From NCBI GenBank assembly GCA_951406725.2, contig OX597818.1:76198001-76262000 (forward strand): a stretch of 64,000 nucleotides of DNA, written 5' to 3'. The stretch is from Octopus vulgaris. Lineage: Eukaryota. This document shows positions 26,167 to 39,394 of the stretch, piece after piece. Both the position numbers and the translations under genes were made by a program. The first letter of the stretch is position 1. Each line of letters begins with the position of its first letter. The notes under the pieces are model-generated. The model saw only the letters and a list, made by a program, of their open reading frames with translations, did not search any database and was not told where the DNA came from.

Positions 26167-28637
26167 ATTTACTCACGAGGTCTTTAATACAAGTGTCAAA
26201 AGCATTCTGTTATTCACTCAAACTCTTCACTCTTATTTTACATACAGCATGGTTTTGTTAATCAATAATTTTTCTTTACAACCATAGAAATCTTTATTGC
26301 ATCCGTTCTCTTCTTCTGAAACTAGTTTCTTTTTTATTCTTTCCAGATGTTTATTTGTGATTTAAGGCTTCATAGGTTGTAGAAAGACGAGTTATAGATC
26401 TGTAGTTTTAGTGTCTGCCATTTTTTTTTTTAAATCTTGAAGATTAAGATGACTTTCTTATCAATGAACCAGTCAGGGGTTTGGTGCAGTTCCTTCAGCT
26501 TCTCATGAAACATCTGCTAGCACCTTAAGAGCCTACGTTAAATATTTTAACCGGAAGTTTGGAAACTTATTACATCCTGATTTCTTCCTCGTGCTTTTTC
26601 TTTTTTTTTGTTGTGCATCTTATTGGTTACATCTTGTCTTGCTAAGGTTTCGCACGATAATCCAGATGCTGCATTCGTTGTTTTGAATAATCTCATAACA
26701 GGGTGTTTCTCTGCTGTTTATACTCTTCCAACGAACTCTTCTACTTGACTTGTTTCTAGCGCTGTATTTGTTTCTGTTTTAGTTCCACATTATTCCTGAT
26801 AAATTGTTTTTTGTCTTCGAGTCAAACTTTCTTTTCTTCAAGGTATCATTATCGCTCTTCACAACGATGGATTCTTAGTGATTCTAGTGAAAATCTCTTA
26901 TTTCGGGCATCCATTAATTCCAAGTAATTTTTTTTCTGTTATTTTATATTCCTGTATATTTGTCATTTATTGTTTTTCAATTATATCTCTTCGTTGATTT
27001 CATTAACGATTGAGACATGTTTACATTTATTTTCTTTTTCTGTTTGTTTGTTTTACATGTTCTTTGCTTGTTTTGATATTCCAAGATCACAGATATTCCA
27101 AATCTGAGAAAGTAACAAATTTCCCTTATAATTACCGTGGGTGCCACAAATATTATTGCGTTTAACTTGGTGAAATTGATACTCGTGTCTGATTTCATTA
27201 TGTTTGGTGTGACCAGACTAGCGATTTTTATTGTTGTTACTATTTCATCAATACCCTGGGAGACACGCTCGCTGGCCCATACAAATATTTTCTACTGAAT
27301 TTATTTCTTTAAATATTTTCACTCTCAGATTATTTTCTTATTCGTGTTTTCCATCTTTGAAATCATTTATTCGCAAATATAGCTCATATTCTTTTGTATC
27401 TATAACTTGCTTGTGTTGTTCTAATTTTGGTATTTGTTGAGCAGTATTCTGTAGGTGTCTAGGAATTCGATTTTGTTGTTTTCTTATTTAATTTGTATAT
27501 TTTGCTTGCATTAGATAGATCTTAAGTTAATGAATTTGTTGGGATCCAACGTTATGTTCCGATTAGTGTTATCTCCTCTCCACAGTCGTAGTTACATTTC
27601 AAGCAAATATGCATGCAGAATAGAAACGTACCTTTTACGTATTAATTGGTACCTTTTCTGCTTTAGCTGCCAGAATTAAAAAACAAAGACTGGACCTCTA
27701 ATTAAATTGTCACGATTTGCGCCAGGTGCCGTATTATTTGTATTCAACGATATCGAGTTTCGTACGCCCCATTTGTGTATTTTTTCTTCATCAGTTTCAA
27801 AGTATTCCTCTTTTAACATGGGGTTGAAATATGCCTTAGTTTGTATTGGTTGTCATATTTTATGGTGAAGGAACTGAATATCTCTGGTGTTGATATGAAT
27901 TATGTTAGTTTGTTTAAACCCTATATCTAATGGGCTGTGGGTACGAATCTTTGTAACACATTAAACTCTATGAAATATAAAAAAAATGAAAGCCAATGTA
28001 TCATTTACACACTTATCTTTCAACGCATGCGTCATTTTTTATTTGATTCGTTATTTATGTGGTGTTACTGGATATTTTGTAGATCAGTAAACGACCGTTC
28101 TTCGCATCATATATCTCAATTATCTTTATTATTCAGTAATAGGTCTTATTTTTATTACGTACTTTCACTACTCTACCGAGTAGTTCTGCATACTTTATGT
28201 ATGCGCAATGTTTTGTTTTGCTCTTGTATTTCCCGTTGTATTGAAATTGCTCTGCGTAATGTATGCAGCATTTAGTGGTGCTTGTGATTTCGTTTATTTT
28301 ATTTTGTCACTATTTCCCAACGATTCCTAATCATTCCCATTTACTCACGAGGTCTTTAATACAAGTGCCAAAAGCATTCTGTTATTCACTCAAGCTCTTC
28401 ACTCTTATTTTACATGTTGCAGCATGGTTTTGTTAATCAATAATTTTTCTTTACAACCATAGAGATTTTTACTGCATCCGTTCTCTTCTTCTGAAACTAG
28501 TTTCCTTTTTATTCTTTCCAGATGTTTATTTGTGATTTAAGGCTTCATAGGTTGTAGAAAGGCGAGTTATAGATCTGTAGTTTTAGTGTCTGCCATTTTT
28601 TTTTAATCTTGAAGATTAAGATGACTTTCTTATCAAT
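26167..28637 (+). repeat. ~300-bp direct duplication (26167-26465 and 28337-28637)
   Basis: CATTTACTCACGAGGTCTTTAATACAAGTG...GATGACTTTCTTATCAAT occurs twice with few differences. Confidence 0.85.
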
Positions 28638-28967
28638 CATTCCCTATTGTTATAAGGATTGCGCCTGCTTTCAGTAACCTATCATTCGTGTTACCTCATC
28701 GTCATCATCCTAATCATCATCATCATCATCATCATCATTGGTCTCGACTCCCAAGACTCATGGGGCCGGGTAACTCATTTAGAGTTGGAGTAACATGAAA
28801 TGAAGTGCTTTCTTCAAAAGCCCAATGCAATGTCTGATTAGTCGAAAAACACAGTTTCGCGATTGTCTGTGCAACACCCAAACCACAAAGCTACGCACCT
28901 TCACTTTTCCCTCTGTTTCCAGATCTTTATATTTTGATAATTTCTGCAGTCTTTTAGAGATACGTTA

Positions 28968-30913
28968 CACTGGGGAACATGATTTAAGCTATGTGGTATT
29001 GGAGATGTTTCCTAGTAATTTGGGGATACTGATTTATAAAACGAAATCCATTTTGCTCTATCACGTCAATATTTTTCATAAACTCAACTGTCCCTTTTTC
29101 AACATTTCCGTTACTGTCACCATTGCTAAGGACATATTTAGCTTCATCAAATGGAGACCTTTGTATGGAGCTGGACATAACTTTGAAAACATAGTTTTTC
29201 AATATCATTTCAAGTAAAAGGCGGCTAGCTGGCAGAAACGTTAGCACGTCGGGGGAAATGCTTAGCGGTATTTCGTCTGTCCTTACGTTCTGAATTCAAA
29301 TTCCGCTGAGATCAACTTTGCGATTCATCCTTTGGTGGTCGATAAATTAAGTGCCAGTTGCGTACTGGGGTTGATCTAATCGACTGCCACCCCACACCAA
29401 AATTTGGGGCCTTGTATCTAGAGTAGAAAAGAATATCATTTCAAGTAAATAGTAAAAATAGAAGTCGTAATTTAAATATCAGTAAATAAAAAGCATCAAA
29501 TTTGAGCAACTTTCACTATTTTTATTCTAACTGGTTTTAAATGTCATGATGATAACAGAAATGTCCTTTATACAATTAGGTGTTGATAAACAACACATTT
29601 CTGTGGTCCTTTACATAAGTTCCTCATATCTGTGAAACTTTTTTGCAGATATGCCCACGGTGTTCTTAATTTAGTGTGACTATCATTGCAAACCAGGTGA
29701 AACATGTTTAACTATTTCTGATGAAAATTGGTATTTTGAATTCTCCCTTAATATTCTAATTGTGAGGTCACAAGAGTCAAGGTCACTTTAGTCAATCATG
29801 GTCAAAGAACTGTGGAAAGAACTTTATGGATCTTTGCCATCACAAATCTGCATTTGCTTACTTTATAACTGCTGACAATTCTGAAAGTGTTTTTCCCGGG
29901 TAACAATTGACTTAACTATATGTTTTGAATCTCAGAAATATAGCCAGTTGCGAGAGAGGAAAATGCAAAAGCAGCCCCGATGTTTTCTGCTATATTTGTG
30001 GATGTTACAATTTACCTAGGCAGCGAAACAAAATCACTGATTTTGTGAAGAAAACTTAATTTGATTACTTTGGCATGAAACTGGGTGAGCAAAATGATAT
30101 CTGAAAATCCCATATTGTGTTTAAAACACGTGTTGAAACATTGAGACAGTGACTGCTTCAAACACTTATGCAGAAAGTTTCCACCGTTGTCTTGTAAAAA
30201 AGTTAGGGTCGATGTGTTTGACGGGCTGTGTGTAAATGGCTATTGCTGTGCGAGCAGTTGTTGGAGACCATGTCTGGCATTGAAAAAGAAGCACGGAATG
30301 CTTTTGCTGTAGTTGTGTCTGATTTCATGGGGAATAGGAAGCCATCAATTTATGAAGAACTGCTTTCGAGCAAAATGCTACATGAATGTAAAAATGCATT
30401 TCCTGCAGAATCATCTAATCTACTTCTATGCAAATCTTAGTGCAATAAGTGGCGAGCACGGAGAAAGATTCCACCCAGACATCGAGACCATGGAGACGAG
30501 GTATGAAGGCAGGTGGAACACAGACATGATGACCGACGACTGTTGGTTTCTGCAAAGAGACTATCATGATGCAAGTTATGCATGCAAAGCAGCAAAGAAA
30601 AGTTCACTTCATGAGTAGCTGAAACTCCAGTTTGACAGGAATAACTATCCTAAGATGTGCAATTAAACATTTTGTGTAATACATTTGTTAAACAATAAAA
30701 TGTACGATTGATTTTTATTAGGTTCTTGCTTCAGTATTGCATTTAATGGAAAAATCGGACATCTTTTGGTAAACAATGAATTGCTGTTTAACAAAGAACT
30801 TCACGTAATAGAAAATTTCTGAGGGCATTTCGGAACCCAGCACAATCAAATTAGATAGGATTTATTATAAAATGCAAGACAACTAAAAATTATTTCGAAA
30901 ATGCTCTCCAGTG
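28968..30913 (+). mobile_element. Chapaev3-like (CMC) DNA transposon, internally deleted
   Basis: Ends CACTGGGGAACAT and ATGCTCTCCAGTG form an imperfect 13-bp TIR. N-terminal CKSSPDVFCYICG near 29963; C-terminal MNVKMHFLQNHL...SGEHGERFHPDI..METRYEGRW..MMTDDCW. Family assignment is from recall. Confidence 0.7.
29219..29431 (+). mobile_element. SINE family A with 18-bp target-site duplication, nested in the Chapaev element
   Basis: AATATCATTTCAAGTAAA at 29201-29218 and 29432-29449. Confidence 0.9.
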
Positions 30914-31059
30914 TTGTCAATAAAATAATAAAAGCAGCTGACAAGCCCTATTACTTATGAATAAACAACACATTGGTGCTTATACAAAGTGTAAGCTGTA
31001 GAAAAAAAAACTTAGAAGAAAAGTGACTGTATTTTTGTAATCAGTATGTTAACTCAACA

Positions 31060-32760
31060 GAAATTATGTTCAAAATCGTCCCTTTGTGTTATCATTAGTT
31101 GAGATTGACATTTCGATCATGTTGCGACTAACAGAGTTAGACAATGGGATGGGGGAGTGTAAATCCCTTACACTCTATAGGCTAGTGGAAAGTGTAAAAA
31201 ACAATAACCTGGAAAGAGTGTCAACGAAGACAGTCCGAGTAGTACATAAAAGTAGGTTTTCATGTCCGAGAATATGAACATTTTAAAAAAGTCATGGCCT
31301 GAGAGTACTGCAGTGGATCGTTGAGGGATCAGGATAAATTTCGCAAAGAGGGCCAAGGGGAGCCGTCAGCAATCTGAAATCTGTGTCCAGTTATTGAAGA
31401 TTTGTAAATTACTTCGTGTAAGCAGAATCTGGATACTCTCTACATATGCGGCATCATCAGCGGATTTTATATTTCAGGAAATTACTCTGGTAATTCATAG
31501 TTGGAAGGGACTGGTCCCGAGAAGCAACGATATACCCCTCAGTTTCTGGTTTCAGACCAGAGTATTACAGCCACTGTTGAGTAAGGACTTTATCTACATC
31601 AGAGTCCTTGATTTTAGTCGGGTATTTTCCATGCAGTGGATTTCCTCCCATTTCTCCCTAATATATAGGAGGCTGGTTTGTTTGGCTATGGTTTATTTGT
31701 TTTGCCTCGTCAGTTAGGAACACATTTTCTTCTGGTACAGGTTCGTCTAGTTGCATTACTTGGAGGTATATTTTCGCGTTTTTCGTCATTGAGTGAAACC
31801 TTTTGGTATCTTCATGTTTCATAACCAGCTTTAACATCCAGTCTTTTGCTTGTTGAAGGTTTGCAGAAAGTACCATTGTTGCAATTTTCAATGAGATTTG
31901 AGATTGTATTAACCCCTGATAGCCTTCTTTTCTTGGGAGGTATATTCAGTATGTGTTTGATTTTGAGTGATGCGTACAATGCATTCTCCTCAGCTTTCAT
32001 AATTTGACAACAAACTTGTTGATCTCAGGAAGGGGCCAGTTTATATCATTGAAGCTATATATGATTACAGGCATGGCCAGTGTGTTTATGGTCACAATTT
32101 TGCTTCTGCCATTCAGATCGGTTTTCAGAAGGCTTCTCATTCTTCGGTAGCACGCCTCCCGTATCTTTCCTCTCATTAGTGACTGTTTTATTCCATTTCC
32201 TTCACATATTCCTAGATTGTTATAACTTCTCTTAGGTTCTAACTATTTTATCTCCATGTCTCTATCTGAGGTGATGTTGCATGCGTTTGATATTTTTTCC
32301 CTTGATAAATGTAGTCTTGGCCAAGATTCAATTATGATGCTATCACTTAATTGTTTGACTGTGTAGGAGGGCTTGCAGTTGTCATCCATTCAGAGGAGAT
32401 GTCTAACTATTTTTCCATGCACATTGTATCCATAATTTGTTTCATCCAGGAGTTTACTTAGAGGAAACAGTGCTAAGCAGAATAACAAAGGAAATAATGA
32501 GTCACATTGAAAGAGTCCACAATTAATATTGAGTCGTTCAGTGTTTATATTTGTATTGTCGATGTTGAGAATTAGTATCATTTTTCAGAGTTTTGTGCTG
32601 TGACATACAAAATTCCTGAGTACTGGTGAAATTCTGAACATCTCCAAGCATTCTTTCATCCAACTGTGAAGGAGAATATCAAAGGCCTTCTTGTAGTCTA
32701 TCCAGATCATTAAAAGATGTTTTCTCCTGTTACGACAATCTTAAAAAACCATTTTGTTAA
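31060..32760 (-). mobile_element. Second R4/Dong-like LINE fragment (RT and C-terminus), degenerate
   Basis: WIDYKKAFD..HSWMKECLEMF near 32700, GLFQCDSLFPLLFCLALFPLS, HLL.MDD and INTLAMPVI.YSF. Confidence 0.75.
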
Positions 32761-32788
32761 TTAATAATTAATATTATTACTTTGTTTT

Positions 32789-33003
32789 AAGGTAGTGAGC
32801 TGGCAGAATCGTTAGCACGCCGGGAAAAATGTTTGGCGGCATTTCGTCCATCTTCACGTTCTAAATTGAAGTTCTGCCGAAGTTGACTTTGCCTTTCATC
32901 CTTTCGGAGTCGATAAAATAAATGTCAGTTGAATAAAGGGGTCGATGTAATCGACTTACCCCTCCCCTAAAATTACTGGTCCTGGACCAATATTTGAAGC
33001 CAT
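32789..33003 (+). mobile_element. SINE family A copy
   Basis: GGTAGTGAGCTGGCAGAATCGTTAGCACGCCGGG... Confidence 0.85.
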
Positions 33004-33214
33004 TATTATTGTTTTCATATGAGGCTGCCATTTCGCAGAGTCGTTACTGATACTGCTGTGATTATTGCTCATGTAATCACGTTTACCCTTCTTGTGTTTC
33101 TTATATTCATTATCGTTGCCACCGTCATTATTGTCATGAATATTAGTTACGCGTCTTGTCTGAATCATAAAAAAATGAATTTTTCTGCTCACCTATCAGC
33201 GTATCTACCTGCCC

Positions 33215-33414
<200 letters not shown>

Positions 33415-33442
33415 TTCTGTCTGTCTATATATGTGTGTGTGT

Positions 33443-33505
<63 letters not shown>

Positions 33506-33839
33506 GAGAGAGAGAGAGAGAGAGAGATATGAACATACATACAAGCATGTATGCATGCATACATATATACGTACATACATTCATGTATACACGAATGCAT
33601 GCTTCCATGGAAATGCATATTTGTATTAATCACATATAATGCTTCTATGAGGGTTACTGCCAGAAGGCAAGAACAAATCCATCAACGCGAGACAAAGCTC
33701 GCAATTTTTCTATATGTGTATAGTGTGTATATATATATATATATATATGAAGACATGTACATGTCATGCGCAAATGCTCACTCATGCAAGTATGTATGCA
33801 TACTTTGCATGCATGTGTATTTGAATATTTTCATACCTA

Positions 33840-34015
33840 AAGGCACACACACGTGTGGTTACGTACTAAGAAGCTTGCTTCCCGAACAACTACATGTCTC
33901 TGCGGTTTCAGTCCCACTGTGTGGCAACATGGGCAAGCGTATTCTTTTATAGCCTCGGGTTGACTAAAGCCGTATGAGTGGATTTGGTAGACGGAAACTG
34001 AAAGAAGCCCGCCGT
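33840..34015 (+). mobile_element. SINE family B, 5' part
   Basis: AAGAAGCTTGCTTCCC...TTTCAGTCCCACTGTGTGGCA...GGATTTGGTAGACGGAAACTGAAAGAAGCCC. Confidence 0.75.
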
Positions 34016-34017
34016 AT

Positions 34018-34118
<101 letters not shown>

Positions 34119-34230
34119 TAAATATGAATATATATATATATATATACATATATATATAGGTTGTGTAAGATATAAGTTAGAAGTACTGTAACCATATTGC
34201 TGTATTTCTTATTGTCTTTATATATATATA

Positions 34231-34959
34231 CTAGCTTAAGGTGACCCGCTCTACGCGCGGGTGAGGTTGTGGTTGCTTCCTTTCTGTTTCTTATCGTCAC
34301 ATTCTCCCTCTTTGTTTCTCTATCCTTTCTTATTTTCCCACTCTCTTATTCTTCCTTTCTCTCGGACTTTCCCTCGCTTTCTCTTACTCTTTATCTTTCT
34401 CTATCTATCTTTCTGCCATTTATAAAAACAATTAGATTTCCACGTTTAAATTACAAATCCGCTTCCACTTTACCATGTTGAAAATTTGATAGAAATCGGG
34501 CAAAAGGTGCCCGATCTAGACCATCAAGTGTCCCCCCAAATCAATAAAATCCCAGTTTTCACACCAAAGCAACCACTGTAGTGCCAAAAACGTCTCCCAA
34601 TCAATTTTCCCCCTCAAGTTACCCCCTCCTGTAAATTTGAATCCCCTTCCAGCCCCATTTAGACCCCTTTTTACATAAAAATGCAATTTGTATCAACGTT
34701 CGCCTTCTTCATTTTATAGATAGGATTAGATGCCAATCGCGCCAATCTGGGGGGGGGGGGGACTAGAGCCCCCTTGAATCTTCTCACCATAGCAACCGCA
34801 TCTTTCCAGATGGTGAGTTTTAAACCTATTCAACTCTGCCTCATCACGCCTTCTATGTCAATTTTCAGCTCGATCTGACCACTGGTGTGGCCGCCAACCT
34901 CTGACGTACCAAAACGTGCACACAATTTTGACCCAAAGCCTCTTTTACATATATAGAGA
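34231..34959 (-). mobile_element. Non-autonomous Helitron
   Basis: Minus strand begins TC (TCTCTATATATG) and ends with hairpin ACCCGC..GCGGGT, 8 nt, then CTAG. Inserted between A and T with no TSD. Confidence 0.75.
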
Positions 34960-35400
34960 TAGCAGAGAAACCCGGATTGCTCGGGATTAAAATATTTTTT
35001 CATTGTTTTATTTGTTTCGGGATTATAACTCGATTTCATTCGGGTCTACGCGGGCCACACTTTAAAGATGAGGAATTTTGCCCTAGAGGCCACACCTTTC
35101 AATTGAGCAAACTGAATCCTACCATATTTACTAACACTTTTGCCTGTATAACTGCTTGTGAGACAACATCTGCCCTTTTCACAAATATGTAGTAGACCTA
35201 CAGAGATACCCGACCATACTTGGGATTAAAATGGCATAGTTTTCCATTGTTTTACTTGTTTGGTTAATATAAGCCGATTTCATTCGGGTGTAATCTGGCC
35301 ACATTTTAAAAGATGAGGAATTTTGTCCTAGAGGTTACGCCTTTCATTTGAGGAAAAAAAATAGTTGCCATGCAAACTCGCCAGCACTTTTAACATAGGT
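34960..35400. repeat. Two ~240-bp tandem units, possibly Helitron-derived
   Basis: CAGAGA.ACCCG...GGGATTAAAAT...CGATTTCATTCGGGT...GATGAGGAATTTTG.CCTAGAGG occurs twice. Confidence 0.55.
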
Positions 35401-35438
35401 GTGCATATTTTCAGCTCAACCGACCACATAATACACAC

Positions 35439-35487
<49 letters not shown>

Positions 35488-35501
35488 CCATTCCGAAATA
35501 T

Positions 35502-35538
<37 letters not shown>

Positions 35539-36240
35539 CATATATATACACTTTGTATATATATATATACATACAAATATATACACTTTGTATATATACA
35601 TTATATATACATATTTATATATAGATACAAACTCACACACACATATATAAATTAACCCGATAAATATCTGATTGAGAATATCTGTTCTCATGATTGTGTG
35701 GTGGTGGTGGCGATAATAAAACTCTCTATGAATGCAGCCAGACGTACAGAGAGAGAGAGAGAGAGAGAGAGGGAGGTGGTGAGGGAAAGAGTGACAGCGC
35801 TGGCGAAGGCGGCGGGGGAGAAAGATAGTAGTAGCTGTCAAACGTCGTTATAGAGAGAAAGTGAAGGGAAGGGAGGAAACAGAGAGAGAGACAGGGGAAG
35901 ACAGACAGATAAGAGAATGAGAGAAGATTTGTCAAAGTGTGCCTTTTTTGCCCTAGTAACCACACCTTTTAAGATAGGGATTTCTAATTTAGCCCACTCA
36001 CATCCTCACTTCATTTTACATGTCCCTGTAAGTTTTGGAGTCAATCCGACGCGATCTAGTGCCCTTTAACCCGTTCCAATGCCAAAACCAGACAAACAAA
36101 CTTTCTCATTTCAGATTTATAGATATTGATATATATATGTATATATATACGTATGTATATATTCAACATGTGACCTTGTGAGTACCGCCAGCAATTTCTT
36201 TTCCCCTGTCTTCCCTTCTCGGGATCTTTCCTTCTCCCTT

Positions 36241-36275
36241 GTTTCCGACGAAGAGCTCCGCTCGAAACGTTAAAC
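36241..36275 (+). ncRNA. Ultra-minimal hammerhead motif in a short PLE pLTR-like element (~36160-36380)
   Basis: GUUU-CCGACGA-A-GAGC(UCC)GCUC-GAAAC-GUU^AAAC. Loopless palindromic stem III (AACGUU) and a U4C variant core. Confidence 0.6.
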
Positions 36276-36377
36276 CCCCCTTCTTCCCTTCTTTTCTGAG
36301 CGTCCAATAATACTTTATTTGTTCTACGACCTCGCGTTGCTGTGTTTTTTTTTGTGTTTTCTTGTTTGGATTAACTG

Positions 36378-36414
<37 letters not shown>

Positions 36415-36469
36415 GTGTGTGCGTGTGTGTGTATCTATGTGTCCGTGTCTTTGTGCTTGTGTTCCTCCC

Positions 36470-36665
36470 ACCCACCGCTTGACAACCGGTCTTGGTGTAT
36501 CTGCGTCCCCGTAACCTAGCGGTTCGGCAAATGAACAGATAGAATAAGTACCAAGATTTAAAATAAGTACTGGGGTCGATTCATTCGACTACAAATTCAA
36601 GGCGGTGCCCCAGCATGGCCGCAGTCTAATGACCAAAACATCTAAAAGATAACAGAATAAAATAA
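36470..36665 (+). mobile_element. SINE family B, 3' part
   Basis: GCTTGACAACCGG...GCGGTTCGGCAAA...GGCGGTGCCCCAGCATGGCCGCAGTC. Confidence 0.75.
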
Positions 36666-36979
36666 ATGTATGTATGTAATAAAAACATTACTGTACCTTT
36701 GGAATTCAAGTACTATTTCTTCCATCTTGTTTTGCATTTATGTGAATGTATATGTGTCTGTGTGCGTGAGTGTGTATGTTTGTGTGAGTGTGTGTGTGTG
36801 CATGTGTATGTGTGTGTGTGTGTGTGTGTGTGTATGAATATTAGATCCAGGCAGGTTACCGTTCAAGCACTGTAGTATGATCCAAGTTATAGCTAACCAC
36901 ATCAAATGCAATGGAATAACCTGGGTCTATTCAAAGTAGCAATCCCAATGCTTATCCATCGGGTGAAATATATATATAT

Positions 36980-37310
36980 AATTAATAATATCAGGGTAAT
37001 AAAAATTTTAGGAATTTCTACCATTGGCCTAGCGTGTAGAAAAATTAGTCAATAGACAAATATTATTCATATAAATACACTGTACATTTAAACACATAAG
37101 AGGTATCCGTCATAGGATTCCTGGCACGCTAGAAGGAACAGCCAGAATCTAGACGTCAGAAACCATGGTCCAGGAGATAGATGGTAAATGTTTTTATTTT
37201 TCATTCACTTCGAGGTTTATCCCTAATAGTGGTCTGGATTTTGGCTGTTCCTTCTAGCGTGTCAGGAATCCTATGACGGATACCTCTGTGTTTAAATGTA
37301 CACTGTGTGT
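36980..37310. mobile_element. Fold-back element (~80-bp arms) carrying the 3' half of a hammerhead
   Basis: 37078-37154 is the inverse of 37231-37305. GAAAC-CAUG-GUC^CAGG at 37159-37174. Same family as 63325-63695. Confidence 0.7.
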
Positions 37311-37339
37311 GTATATATATATATATATACGTTTATATA

Positions 37340-37752
37340 TATATAAATTTACATCTAAATAGGATAAAAGTTTTCGACAAAAATTCTATCAATGGCCAGC
37401 ATATTAAAAAAAATACCTTTAAAGGTTAAATTTATAAACAACTTATAAACAAGGGCAAAAGAAAAAAAATTCTAATGCTTAAAAATGCCGAAAATAGACA
37501 AATCGTCAATAACCATATAATTTATCACTATAAGCACGCGTATCGAAGTAAGCCGACAGAAATTTCTAAAAAATTCCGTTATTATCGTATCGGTCCCAAT
37601 TTCAGAGTTAATTCATAAGAATTTTCTCCTCGTCAGCGATAAATACGGTAAGAAATAAATGAAATACTCACTTATACCCATGGAAGAAGCAAACACTAAG
37701 TCATGTGCACACTTAAGTGCCCCAAATATAGAATTTTTTTTCTTTTGCCCTT

Positions 37753-37760
<8 letters not shown>
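37340..37760 (-). mobile_element. TA-flanked element with 30-bp inverted repeats and a degenerate hammerhead-like motif
   Basis: Inverted repeat at 37444-37474 / 37729-37759. Minus strand AUUUAUCG-CUGACGA...GAUAC-GCGU...UGAUAAAU. Confidence 0.45.
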
Positions 37761-37793
<33 letters not shown>

Positions 37794-37892
37794 TGTATGT
37801 ATATATATATAATTCATTTGCAGAGATAAACATACATATGTATACACACTCGTTTCTACATGTCTAACTGTAACCTGGAGTTAAAGTATATA

Positions 37893-38060
37893 TAATCCCT
37901 CGACTATCGCGGGTGTTACATTCCAACCCCCCCGTGAGAGATGAAAATCTGCGAACTAGAAACAATACTGTACTGCATATTTTTAATATTATTTTTATAA
38001 TTTGTATATATTTATTTTAATATAAATACAAAACCGTGATAGGTAAACTGCGATAGGCGA
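37893..38060. mobile_element. Tigger/pogo-like MITE remnant
   Basis: TAATCCCTCGACTATCGCGGGTGTTAC...CCGTGATAGGTAAACTGCGATAG resembles Tigger-type MITE termini (recall). Confidence 0.5.
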
Positions 38061-38197
38061 ATATATATATATATATATATATATAGTTAAACAAACTCAA
38101 CTTAACACCTCGACCTTCTACACAAACTAACGAGGAAACCGAATCGAATAAAACACCCTCCGAAATATTCGAGAAAGTTGAAAATCTATGCGATACA

Positions 38198-39394
38198 ATG
38201 ACGACATTCTTCACAAACTTTACGAAACAAGAGCAACAAAAAGAAGGAACACATGAGAAGAACCGAGCAACTTCAACATTACAAATAAAGAACCAAGTCC
38301 TCCCCCAATGGAGAACACTACAGCGAAACAGAAAATTCGCTTTTTGGAAAATGATACAAAATCAGAATAAAGCAGAGATTTACCAAAAATGGCTAGACTC
38401 AACACCCCTAGTCATACCCCGTAAATTACAAATCAAACCCATCTCGGAAGAACCAGAAGAACAAAGAAAACTTAGAGAAAAAATGTCATTAGAAAAAATG
38501 AAGATGGAAATAGAACTACTTAAGCTGAGAGCTAAAACGAATGAAGAAAAAGTAAAAACCATAGACGAGGAAATCAACGAAGAAGTCATCAAACTAATAG
38601 ACGACAACAATACTGAAACATTAACAGCACTATGGAATGAAGAATGTGAAAAAGAGGAACTTAAGTCCCTCCAACGATGGGAAAAGAGCGCCATCTGGTT
38701 TCTAGATTATGAAACCAACTTCAAAAATGAACACATATCCAACAACCCCTTCATAAAATTAAGCAAATCAAAACCAAATACCAATAGAACGGAACAACCA
38801 CCAAGAAATCCTACCACACTCTACACCAGAAAAGTACACCTAAAACACACCCCACACTACCTACACCAACCCCAAAACACCTACAGAGGCCCACCACACC
38901 AGTTCGAAAATAGACATACCAACAGAGCAGAACAACCACCAAGAAATCCAAACACACTCTACACCAGAAAAATGCATTTAAAACGCACCCCACACTACCT
39001 ACACCAACCCCAAAACACTTATAGGGTCCCACCACACCATTCCACGAACCTAAGAGCCACAACATACAATACTATAAAATACAACCCACATAACCAAACC
39101 AAAACGCTACTACCAAACATCCACCCCAGGAACCAACCATACAACCATAACAAACAACAAATGCACTACGGAGGAAACAACTACCAACACAATACACCTG
39201 AGGAACTAAGACGTAACACTAGGTACAACAACAGACTCCAGAACAGAGCACCACAAACTCACTCTGACAATTATAACAACATGAGACAGATAAATAATAG
39301 CTTTGAACATAACTACACCAACCATTTTTTAGACCCCACACACAGGAACAGGGACACACGATGGCAAAGGACAAACAAAAGAAACCTCAGGTAA
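38198..39394 (+). CDS. PLE ORF1: coiled-coil-like N-terminal half plus N/H/P/R-rich half with a 46-aa tandem duplication
   Basis: 398-aa ORF whose frame is open back to 38087 at the TA junction. E/K-rich helical region, and a 138-bp repeat at 38778 and 38916. Confidence 0.7.
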   Translation: MTTFFTNFTKQEQQKEGTHEKNRATSTLQIKNQVLPQWRTLQRNRKFAFWKMIQNQNKAEIYQKWLDSTPLVIPRKLQIKPISEEPEEQRKLREKMSLEKMKMEIELLKLRAKTNEEKVKTIDEEINEEVIKLIDDNNTETLTALWNEECEKEELKSLQRWEKSAIWFLDYETNFKNEHISNNPFIKLSKSKPNTNRTEQPPRNPTTLYTRKVHLKHTPHYLHQPQNTYRGPPHQFENRHTNRAEQPPRNPNTLYTRKMHLKRTPHYLHQPQNTYRVPPHHSTNLRATTYNTIKYNPHNQTKTLLPNIHPRNQPYNHNKQQMHYGGNNYQHNTPEELRRNTRYNNRLQNRAPQTHSDNYNNMRQINNSFEHNYTNHFLDPTHRNRDTRWQRTNKRNLR

